Positions 18,851-27,134 of a stretch of 54,262 nt of DNA are shown here, one piece after another (the first letter of the stretch is position 1; every line of letters starts with the position of its first letter). Source of the stretch: a virus (Duplodnaviria; Caudoviricetes). The position numbers and the translations under genes were made by a program. The notes beneath the pieces are model-generated. The model was not told the DNA's origin, ran no database searches, and saw only the letters and a list, made by a program, of their open reading frames with translations. The DNA lies in the IMG/VR virus record IMGVR_UViG_3300025010_001927, positions 1 through 54,262 of that record, one strand, 5' to 3'.

Positions 18851-18914
18851 AGTCTAGTAAAGGGAAGAATGGTTCGCAATAAACTTTGTGGTTATTTGTG
18901 TTTACTTATGTTAC
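18851..18914 (-). promoter_or_regulatory. Promoter for head operon with upstream tandem repeats
   Basis: TTGCGA-17-TAGACT preceded by ACATAAGT/ACACAAAT/CACAAAGT repeats. Confidence 0.65.
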
Positions 18915-18955
18915 TGGTATTGACTTCAGATAACGAATTCCGATATCATGAATGT

Positions 18956-19255
18956 ATGCTTACTCAGGACTTCTTTCGCGGATTTATCAAACTGCATATT
19001 CTTCACCATGCTTCTAAGGAAGCTATATATGGTATTTGGATTATTGAAGAACTGGGCAGACATGGCTACAAGCTAAGTCCTGGGACTCTCTATCCGATCC
19101 TGCACTCCTTAGAAAAAGATCGCTTACTTAAATCTGAAGATAAAACTGTAGAAGGGAAGGTTCGCAAGTATTACAAACTTACTTCAGAGGGAAAAAGAAG
19201 GCTTGAAGAATCGAAATTGAAAGTAAGAGAGTTAGTCGATGAGCTGTATGAATAA
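18956..19255 (+). CDS. PadR-family transcriptional regulator (probably leaderless)
   Basis: YGIWII...SPGTLYPILHSLE...RKYYKLT; TTGACT...TATCAT ends 6 nt before ATG. Confidence 0.9.
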   Translation: MLTQDFFRGFIKLHILHHASKEAIYGIWIIEELGRHGYKLSPGTLYPILHSLEKDRLLKSEDKTVEGKVRKYYKLTSEGKRRLEESKLKVRELVDELYE

Positions 19256-19274
19256 TCTTTTAACCAGAAGCAAT

Positions 19275-19709
19275 ATGAAAAAAATCTTATTCCTTTGTAC
19301 CCACAACTCAGCTCGCTCTCAAATGGCTGAAGGTTTATTGCGTGAATTGGGAAAAGATAAATATCAAGTCTTCTCAGCTGGAACAGAGGCGGCCATTGTT
19401 CGTCCGCAAGCTATTGCGGTGATGAAAGAATTAGGGATTGATATCTCTCACCAAAGGTCCAAAACTTTTCATCGATTTTTTCATGAGAATTTTGATGAGG
19501 TGATCACAGTCTGCGACCAAGCAAATGAGAGTTGCCCCGTCTTCCCAAATGCCCAGAAGAGAACTCATTGGAGCTTTCCTGATCCATCGAAGGCAGAGGG
19601 AACAGATGAAGAAATTATGTCTGTTTATCGAAAAGTAAGAGACTCAATAAAACAGAAAATTAAGTCGGAACTACTTACCAAAAAACTAGTAGAAAGTAAA
19701 ATACTATGA
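19275..19709 (+). CDS. arsC: Arsenate reductase, LMW-PTP fold
   Basis: CTHNSARSQMAE, SAGT, TVCD...CPVFP, HWSFPDP. Confidence 0.85.
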   Translation: MKKILFLCTHNSARSQMAEGLLRELGKDKYQVFSAGTEAAIVRPQAIAVMKELGIDISHQRSKTFHRFFHENFDEVITVCDQANESCPVFPNAQKRTHWSFPDPSKAEGTDEEIMSVYRKVRDSIKQKIKSELLTKKLVESKIL

Positions 19710-22231
19710 AAATCTTAATTAACTGGTGGTCTCAACCACTCAACAAATTAATAAAGACGCTGGATATTAACAAAGATGGAGGGCTTACTAGTAGCCAGGT
19801 AAAGGAAAATAAAGTTTCCTACGGTGCTAATACCCTGACTGAAATTAAACCTGCTGGCGTAGCAGAGTTGATTCTTGAGGGTGTAAAAGAACCGATGATG
19901 ATTGTGCTTCTTTCTATCGGAGGCATATCACTTTTATTCGGCAAGCCGGTTGAAGCACTGGTTATGGCGTTTGTAGTTGCAGCATATATCGGGGTTGAAT
20001 TTATCAATAAGTTTAGAACCGATAGAACCATGGCGAGTTTGCGAGAACTGACCGAGCCGACCACGAAAGTTCTACGCGATGGCAAGCATCAGGAAATTCC
20101 AACAGGCGAAGTAGTCGTGGGAGATGTTGTTATTCTCACAGAAGGTGTTAGGGTACCGGCCGACATAAGGCTCATTGAGTCGTTTGGTTTGATCGTAAAT
20201 GAAGCCTCGTTAACCGGTGAGTCGCTTCCTGTCAAGAAAGACACAAGAGCTGCAGTAAAAGAAGTTACTCCGTTGGCCGAACGGTTGAACTCTGTATTTT
20301 CAGGAACAACCATACTTTCTGGTGAAGGTACGGGGATTGTGATGGCTGTAGGAGAAAAAAGCCAGTTAGGAACTATCGCCACGGAAGTTCAAGCGCAACG
20401 AAAAGAAAAAACCTATATCCAAAATGCCATGACCAAACTGGCTAAAACCCTGGCAGTGTTGGCCATTGTCGTCAGTATTATCATTCCCACGGTTGGTTTT
20501 CTTCGGGGACAGAGCTTTGAGGAAATGGTACTAACTTGGCTGGCTCTAACTTTTCTAATGATCCCTGGTCAGCCTCCGGTCATTATTACGATGTCACTAG
20601 CCTTGGCTTCCTTCGCCTTGGCGAAGAGTAAGTTAGTTGTCAAACGTTTGCGTGGGGTTGAAATCCTTGGGCAAGTCACTGTCATCGTGACTGATAAAAC
20701 GGGGACCATTACCGAAAATAAAATGCAGGCAGATACCTTTATTTTAGAAGATGGAAAACAAGTTAAACCACAGCAGTTGTCAAAAGAAGTGTCCGGTAAG
20801 ATTGCACTCTGCCTCCCTCAATATTCTAACGACCCCACCGATAAAGCGGTTTTGGAAATAGTAACGGGAATCGAAAGAGAGGCTGAATATGTCTCTTTAG
20901 AAGGTTTTGCAGAAAACAAACCCTGGCGAACGATGATATATAAACAGAAAGGGTTAAAAATCTTTGCTTTTGCTGGTGAGCCGGAAGCGATTATCCGCTC
21001 GACCAATCTGTCTGAAACCAGAAAAACCCAGCTACTGGATACTCTCAAATCAGAAACCAATAAGGGCAACAGGGTTGTTGCGTACGCGTACAAAGAAAAT
21101 GGCGATCAATCTTTACAAAAAACCCAGTTTTTAGTATTGGCAGTTTTATCTGATCCAATTCGTCCAGGAGTAAAAGAAGCACTGGCTAAACTTGGGAGAG
21201 CAGGAATTGATACCTATATCGTCACCGGAGACCATCCCACAACCGCACGCACTATCGCGCAAACAATTGGTTTACAAAGTGATGTATTGCAGGGATCGGA
21301 GATTGAGACATTGAGCGACAATGATTTGACAGAAAAGCTGTTAACAACACGAGTATTCGCCCGTATCTCTCCCTCTCAAAAAAAACGTTTGGTTACTCTT
21401 CTGAAAAAACATGGTGAAACCGTTGCCGTCATAGGTGACGGAGTCAACGATGCCCCAGCACTTAAAGCAGGAAGTGTGGGGATTGCCATGGGTGAAATTG
21501 GCACAGATTTGGCCAAGGAAACGGCAGACTTAGTCTTAACAGACGATAACTATGTGCATTTACCAGAAGCAATTAGGCTGGGTCGCAAGGCGTTGGATAA
21601 CTTCAGAAAAGGATTAACCTATTATCTTTCTGCCAAGGCTATTCTGTTATCAATTTTTATTGTTCCTCTTGCTCTCGGGATTCCCTTTCCCTTTGCTCCA
21701 ATTATGATTATCCTCACCGAGCTATTAATGGATCTGGCCTCATCGACTATTTTTGTCACTGAGTCTGTTGAACCCGATGTTTTGCATAGAGAGCCACAAA
21801 AGATTACCAACTTCCTAAGCAAAACTGTAGCTCTACGAATTCTCAGAAATGGTGCTTTATTGGCCGTAGGAATATTGATTATCTATCTCTGGCTGTATTA
21901 TCAAACCAATGATGTTGTGCTGGCACAAACAGCAGCATTCGTCACTTGGTTATTGGGACATATTATGTTAGCGCTCAATCTTAAACAGGAGAAACTCTCT
22001 TTACTCAAGCAAGGCATTTTCTCAAATCGCTTCGGTTCTTTCTGGCTTGTTGGAATGATTCTACTGTCACTTTCCATCACATTTCTCAAACCGCTTTATC
22101 CCTTTGTGCACACGACATCCATTCCTGTACATGTCTGGGTTGGAATTCTTGCTGTTGTTATAGCTTCAACCTGGTGGATCGAAGTAGTTAAATTAGTACA
22201 AAGCAAAAATTTGATATCTGAAAGGAGATAA
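19706..22231 (+). CDS. Cation-transporting P-type ATPase (P2-like)
   Basis: TGES, DKTGT, TGD, GDGVND motifs. Confidence 0.92.
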   Translation: MKILINWWSQPLNKLIKTLDINKDGGLTSSQVKENKVSYGANTLTEIKPAGVAELILEGVKEPMMIVLLSIGGISLLFGKPVEALVMAFVVAAYIGVEFINKFRTDRTMASLRELTEPTTKVLRDGKHQEIPTGEVVVGDVVILTEGVRVPADIRLIESFGLIVNEASLTGESLPVKKDTRAAVKEVTPLAERLNSVFSGTTILSGEGTGIVMAVGEKSQLGTIATEVQAQRKEKTYIQNAMTKLAKTLAVLAIVVSIIIPTVGFLRGQSFEEMVLTWLALTFLMIPGQPPVIITMSLALASFALAKSKLVVKRLRGVEILGQVTVIVTDKTGTITENKMQADTFILEDGKQVKPQQLSKEVSGKIALCLPQYSNDPTDKAVLEIVTGIEREAEYVSLEGFAENKPWRTMIYKQKGLKIFAFAGEPEAIIRSTNLSETRKTQLLDTLKSETNKGNRVVAYAYKENGDQSLQKTQFLVLAVLSDPIRPGVKEALAKLGRAGIDTYIVTGDHPTTARTIAQTIGLQSDVLQGSEIETLSDNDLTEKLLTTRVFARISPSQKKRLVTLLKKHGETVAVIGDGVNDAPALKAGSVGIAMGEIGTDLAKETADLVLTDDNYVHLPEAIRLGRKALDNFRKGLTYYLSAKAILLSIFIVPLALGIPFPFAPIMIILTELLMDLASSTIFVTESVEPDVLHREPQKITNFLSKTVALRILRNGALLAVGILIIYLWLYYQTNDVVLAQTAAFVTWLLGHIMLALNLKQEKLSLLKQGIFSNRFGSFWLVGMILLSLSITFLKPLYPFVHTTSIPVHVWVGILAVVIASTWWIEVVKLVQSKNLISERR

Positions 22232-22238
22232 AATTAAA

Positions 22239-22562
22239 ATGAAATTGTCGATTATTCTCACTACCAACAAAGCAGAAACAAACTGGAATGCACTAAGATT
22301 AGCAAATCTAGCCATAAAAAAGGGTGATGACGTAAGTATATTTTTATTGGGAGAAGGAGTGGAATACGAAAAGACCGGGACCGATAAATTCAATATTAAA
22401 GAACAAATCGAGGCATTTCTTAAAACAGACAAATCTAAAATTATTGCCTGTGGAACTTGTATGAAATTAAGAGAGCAAGGCAGCACAGAGACTTGTCCGA
22501 TCGGAGGGCTTGAGGACTTGTATTCTTTAGTGGCAGAGGGTGACAAGGTTTTAGTTTTTTAG
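22239..22562 (+). CDS. DsrE-family protein
   Basis: FLLGEGV, ACGTC...R motifs. Confidence 0.85.
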   Translation: MKLSIILTTNKAETNWNALRLANLAIKKGDDVSIFLLGEGVEYEKTGTDKFNIKEQIEAFLKTDKSKIIACGTCMKLREQGSTETCPIGGLEDLYSLVAEGDKVLVF

Positions 22563-22576
22563 ATTGGAAATAAATT

Positions 22577-23128
22577 GTGTTTGATACAACCATTTTTAAC
22601 CAGATTATTATTTTCTTTGCACAGCATTTATTTTGGGTTAGCCTTATTGCCTATTTTGGTTTTACCCTCTATCTAGGGAAGAAGAAAAGTGTGTTAATTC
22701 CGTTTCTACTTCTGAGTAGTTTGGTGTTCTCAGGAACTTTTTTACTATCTAGGCTATTAAGCTTCTTTATTAAGATCCCTCGTCCGTTTGTGGCTGATAG
22801 CATTAATCCGCTTTTCCCCCATGTCATAGACAATGGGTTTCCTTCAGATCACACCCTCCTAACAGCCACAATTGCTGCTAGCGTGTTCGTTTTCAACAAG
22901 AAACTGGGAAGTCTATTGTTCGTTTTAACAGCCTTTGTGGGTTTGGCCAGAGTGATTGCCGGTGTCCATCATATATCTGACATAGTTGGCGCAATTATAA
23001 TTTCAATATTGATTGCGAACTTAGTTTACTCTGCTATAAAAAATATAAACCAAACCAAATTTAAAACTCTTAATCAATTAATTTTGTCATCTCGCAAGAT
23101 TATCAATAGACCCACTAGCTCTCCATAA
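22577..23128 (+). CDS. PAP2-family phosphatase (BcrC-like undecaprenyl-PP phosphatase)
   Basis: PRP, FPSDH, ARV.AGVH...D motifs. Confidence 0.85.
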   Translation: MFDTTIFNQIIIFFAQHLFWVSLIAYFGFTLYLGKKKSVLIPFLLLSSLVFSGTFLLSRLLSFFIKIPRPFVADSINPLFPHVIDNGFPSDHTLLTATIAASVFVFNKKLGSLLFVLTAFVGLARVIAGVHHISDIVGAIIISILIANLVYSAIKNINQTKFKTLNQLILSSRKIINRPTSSP

Positions 23129-23190
23129 TATGAGCAGCTTTTGTTTCACAGGATGTACTTAGATTTCATAAAGAAGATTTCGAAAAAGTC

Positions 23191-24774
23191 TTACAGAAAC
23201 TGAGAAGTATCTACAGGCATATCCAATATTAACTTTCCATTCGCTTTCTTTTTCTTTTCTTCCTCAGTATTTACAAAATTAATCAGGTAAATAATTGCTG
23301 CCTTGGTTAGTCGCGTCAGACCTACTGTTTCCTGAAGAAGAGTATCGGAGTCAATGTTGAGCTTATCTGTATTATCGTTAACACTCGTAATTAGCGAGTC
23401 AAAAACGATTAACCTCCTGTGTGTGAGGGCATTCCTGATATCTTGAATTCTTCTATATCGATTTTGTTTAAAATCACGATAAACGTCATAAAGAGCATAC
23501 AGGCTTTGGTTTTCTGAGTTGAGAATTTCTTTTCTAATAACACCTTTCTCTTCCCAGATTGAAGCTGTTCCTCCAGTCCGCCTTAATGAATCGAAATATA
23601 TATCATTTTCATTGAACCCAAGTTTGTAGTAGTCATTAATAAACACTGCGATTTTATCTAATATGTTGAATGCGTCTTTAAATGCTGATTTCAACAAACC
23701 GGTGTAGAGATTAAATTGTGAGTAGTCCAAAGCATATACATAGCTGGTTCTTTTGCTAATGTTATCGAAGGCTTTTTGTTTGTATTGTGATTGAACCAGA
23801 TTTAACCTGGCTACGGCATAGTCTTCTTTAATCTGATTGAGCTGCTTTGCAAAGTAATAAAACGTATCGTTATCATCCAACTTTGTAATTAATCTGATAA
23901 AGACAGGATCCTCTATAGCAGCTTCGCAGTGATCATCATGAATATGGAAGTTTAGAAACAACCCTTCCTGACTGCAAAAGTCTAAATAGTATTTTTCAAA
24001 CTTGGTAAGCCCTTTGGTTTCATAACGGGGGTGTTTAATATTTCTTTTGAGTAATGATTTGTCCTGAAAACGAGATTCAATATAGGTGAGTTCACGTTCG
24101 AAAGCTTTCTTTGCTTCAAGCCCACCAACCTGTACTAGTTTTGGATCATCCAGAACCGATTTAATATCCTGGTAAGCCGTAACATATATCGAAGCTCGAT
24201 ACTTGTCGGAAATATCGGCAAATGTCCGAAGAGCTTTGGCTCTATTTGCCACTGCCATAGGGAAATTTTTACTCAAACGAAGAGCCTCGTTATAAGCGTG
24301 AATTGCCTCAATTCCTCTACCAAACGTGTCTAGACTGTTACCCAAGTTAACTAGTAATTGTACTTTCAGGCTTGGGTCATCAATTTCAATATCAGTAGCC
24401 AGAAGTAAGTGATATTTTGTTTGTAAAAGGTTTTCGCTTTGAGGTATGGTCCGGTCTACAACACCACCCATTCTCTCTGTAAGTTGATACAAACATGTGT
24501 GTCCATTTGCCAGGCAGTAGCGGAGGTAGGCCTGCGTCTTGTTGTTCTTTGTTTTTGATAGTGTCATTTCACCAAGATCAATACCTTCTCTGATGATTTT
24601 TTCGTCTCTGAGATCATTACCTATATCAACCAGAAAACCAGGTTTATAAAATATTAGGTTTTTGTCGTCAGAGTTTTCCCTTTCGAATTCTATTAGTCTC
24701 TCAAGTGCTTTTTTTGATTCGCCAGAATTGATAAGTAGGGAGATTGTTTGGAGTGAAAGTGTTACTTTATCCAT
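23191..24774 (-). CDS. TPR plus LA2681-like HEPN domain protein (putative abortive infection)
   Basis: TPR NLGNSL...AYNEAL; LFLN, NQIKEDY..AR, LDKIA..IN.Y, RNALTH (RxxxxH). Confidence 0.8.
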   Translation of the reverse strand: MDKVTLSLQTISLLINSGESKKALERLIEFERENSDDKNLIFYKPGFLVDIGNDLRDEKIIREGIDLGEMTLSKTKNNKTQAYLRYCLANGHTCLYQLTERMGGVVDRTIPQSENLLQTKYHLLLATDIEIDDPSLKVQLLVNLGNSLDTFGRGIEAIHAYNEALRLSKNFPMAVANRAKALRTFADISDKYRASIYVTAYQDIKSVLDDPKLVQVGGLEAKKAFERELTYIESRFQDKSLLKRNIKHPRYETKGLTKFEKYYLDFCSQEGLFLNFHIHDDHCEAAIEDPVFIRLITKLDDNDTFYYFAKQLNQIKEDYAVARLNLVQSQYKQKAFDNISKRTSYVYALDYSQFNLYTGLLKSAFKDAFNILDKIAVFINDYYKLGFNENDIYFDSLRRTGGTASIWEEKGVIRKEILNSENQSLYALYDVYRDFKQNRYRRIQDIRNALTHRRLIVFDSLITSVNDNTDKLNIDSDTLLQETVGLTRLTKAAIIYLINFVNTEEEKKKKANGKLILDMPVDTSQFL

Positions 24775-24775
24775 G

Positions 24776-25027
24776 TTATTTATTAATGCTTTTGTAACAG
24801 TCATTTGTAAACTTTGTTTCGTCATCAATTAGCCTTTTCCATTCGTCTGATCCGAAGTCAGTTATTCCCAGGTCTTTTTTTTCTATCTCTAGATAAGTTG
24901 CTCCAAGTTCTGCACAATTCTTAGGACCCGGATTACTGGCAAGTAGATACCCAACGAACGCTCCAACTAAAATCATTATGGCGGAGATCAAGAAAACCAT
25001 TGGAAATCCTACATTTCTTACTTTCAT
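24776..25027 (-). CDS. Small membrane-anchored protein
   Basis: N-terminal TM helix, two Cys. Confidence 0.6.
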   Translation of the reverse strand: MKVRNVGFPMVFLISAIMILVGAFVGYLLASNPGPKNCAELGATYLEIEKKDLGITDFGSDEWKRLIDDETKFTNDCYKSINK

Positions 25028-25072
25028 GAGTTTAATTATATTGGGTTAGAGCTGAAAATCAAAACGAAGTGC

Positions 25073-26962
25073 TTATGCTTGGAGCATTTTTCCTAAACCT
25101 GGAATTTTGCCAATAAGCTCACGTATTTTGTTTTTATTGGCAACTGGTGATGAACTACCCGCTTCGGGCGGTAAACTGTCGTCAGAAGGCGCTACAGGGG
25201 CTACGGGCTCCCCATTTGATGGGGTTATGATTGTTTCTTCTTGCTTTTGCATTAATTCAGGACCAAGTAGGATATCGACATACTGATCAAGGTCTAGCTC
25301 CTCTAAAATCATTTTCTGGAGGGCTCGCTTGCGAATCAACCAGTGTTTTACATCTGCTGGGTTGTTTTGATCAGGCTTGTCTTGGGCGATGAGTTTATCA
25401 TACAAGAGTAGTATTTGATTAAGTCTGGCTTGTTTATCCGGTGGGATTACGGGTTCTACTTCGACAATAGCATCAACCTGAATCTTCTTGTCTTCAGACT
25501 TAAATTCTTTGAAGTCGACAATGTTGCCAACAATGCGGTACAGCTTGTCTTCACCGATAAACTCTCTGTTTAACTGAATTAGGATATTAGCAACCGTAGT
25601 AAGGGCATTGGATATGTTCTGGGCGTTCATGCTTAATCTAAGGTTGCTCTGACCCAAAAGCATTGCCACTTTCCCAAGAGGTTCGCTTGAGGATTGTGGT
25701 AACCCTTGCAAATACTCACCGAGGGCAAGCGTTCTGGAAATTTCATCACGCAGAAGTCTGTCCTCATTAACACCCATAAGGCTAATATCCGGCGGTCGCT
25801 CAATCACCACATCATCCATTTTTCTGAGTTCCCAAACTGCTCCAGGGGAGAAAATGATATCGTTTTTGGTAATGCCAGTATCCTTACGAATCTTAACCAC
25901 GGGATCGAGCATTAAGATCACGTCGTCCATACGTTGGTTGCGAAGATCAGCAATTTCCATGATGGTACTCTCAACTGGTTCAACATGACCGGTAGCCCAA
26001 AACTCCCACAGCAATGACATGTCAGGAAGGTCTACAAAAATATGGCCGTTATTAACATCAAGATAAGGATTCTCGTCATCCCTGATGACCACCTCACCAT
26101 TGGCAATAACTATCAGTTGATCTTCTTCATAGTCCCAACATTCCCAAAGTTCAAGCTGCTTTTCCTGGTCGTTTTTGACTGGGAGTACTTTTTGTTCGCC
26201 AGTCTCGGCTTTTCTGATATCACCATCAATTTGAGACATCTTTTTGGTATTGATTTCGTAGCGTTCTTTCTTCCAGTCTTCAACTATCTTCGGCTCGCAA
26301 AACTCAAGATTTTTATAAATTTTGTTGTCGCCTCGATTTTCTTCCTCTTTGGAGATTTTTTCTTTTGCCTTGACGATTCTATGAATAAGCCAAGGGCAGC
26401 CATCCTGCAAGTCCTCTGTCTCAGGAGCTGGGAGAAAGTCCCACAAATCACAAAGGATCATGGTGGGGTCGTCATAAATAGTCTTAACTGTTCCATCAGA
26501 TCTTTTTCGGTTTATTACCTTCCAGGCTAGTTTTGCAATTCCATTGCCATACAAAACTGAAGATTCAATCCAATTGGGCAGTTTTCTGGCTAGTTCTATG
26601 ATGTCAAAGTCATAATTAACCAGGTCGCTCCAGGATCCCAGAGCAGTTGACTCAATATCTGTTTTATCCCTCGGGATGACACGAGTCTTTCGTTTAGCTG
26701 TGGCAAGGCGGGAAACTACAGTCTTAACGATCTCGAATGCAATAGGAGGCATTAAGCGAGTGTTGTACGCATAGTTTTGTTTGTGTTGGTACGCTCGGTA
26801 GAGACGATACATCCGTAGCCACTTAGCTTGATAAGGCTCACGAAACTCTTTTGCACGCTTAAAACGAGCTTTCCACTTGGTTAGGAGCTCCGTATCACGC
26901 TCTGAAGGTTGATACCTAACTGTTGATGTGATTTTTACTTCTTTTACTTCTGGTTTTGGCAT
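25073..26962 (-). CDS. Portal protein (P22/SU10-like)
   Basis: Size, YGNGIAKLAW, ENPY, RNQRMD, PGAVW motifs. Confidence 0.85.
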   Translation of the reverse strand: MPKPEVKEVKITSTVRYQPSERDTELLTKWKARFKRAKEFREPYQAKWLRMYRLYRAYQHKQNYAYNTRLMPPIAFEIVKTVVSRLATAKRKTRVIPRDKTDIESTALGSWSDLVNYDFDIIELARKLPNWIESSVLYGNGIAKLAWKVINRKRSDGTVKTIYDDPTMILCDLWDFLPAPETEDLQDGCPWLIHRIVKAKEKISKEEENRGDNKIYKNLEFCEPKIVEDWKKERYEINTKKMSQIDGDIRKAETGEQKVLPVKNDQEKQLELWECWDYEEDQLIVIANGEVVIRDDENPYLDVNNGHIFVDLPDMSLLWEFWATGHVEPVESTIMEIADLRNQRMDDVILMLDPVVKIRKDTGITKNDIIFSPGAVWELRKMDDVVIERPPDISLMGVNEDRLLRDEISRTLALGEYLQGLPQSSSEPLGKVAMLLGQSNLRLSMNAQNISNALTTVANILIQLNREFIGEDKLYRIVGNIVDFKEFKSEDKKIQVDAIVEVEPVIPPDKQARLNQILLLYDKLIAQDKPDQNNPADVKHWLIRKRALQKMILEELDLDQYVDILLGPELMQKQEETIITPSNGEPVAPVAPSDDSLPPEAGSSSPVANKNKIRELIGKIPGLGKMLQA

Positions 26963-26978
26963 ACTGGTTTTAGGCAAC

Positions 26979-27047
26979 AAAAATGGGGCTTAGGTTCGTC
27001 TACTTCTGGAAAATAGAGAAACCTAAGCCCCGATAGATTCGTTAGGC
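26979..27047 (-). promoter_or_regulatory. Leader attenuator 2: same motif plus terminator hairpin upstream of portal
   Basis: GCCTAACGAATCTATCG then GGGGCTTAGGTT...AACCTAAGCCCC and ATTTTTG. Confidence 0.8.
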
Positions 27048-27134
27048 GGTTAATTTATACTTTTAGGCTATAAAATTAAGGGGAGAAATGCTAGTTCGTT
27101 ACTATCAGAAGCTGTAAGTTTGATGGGTAATTCA

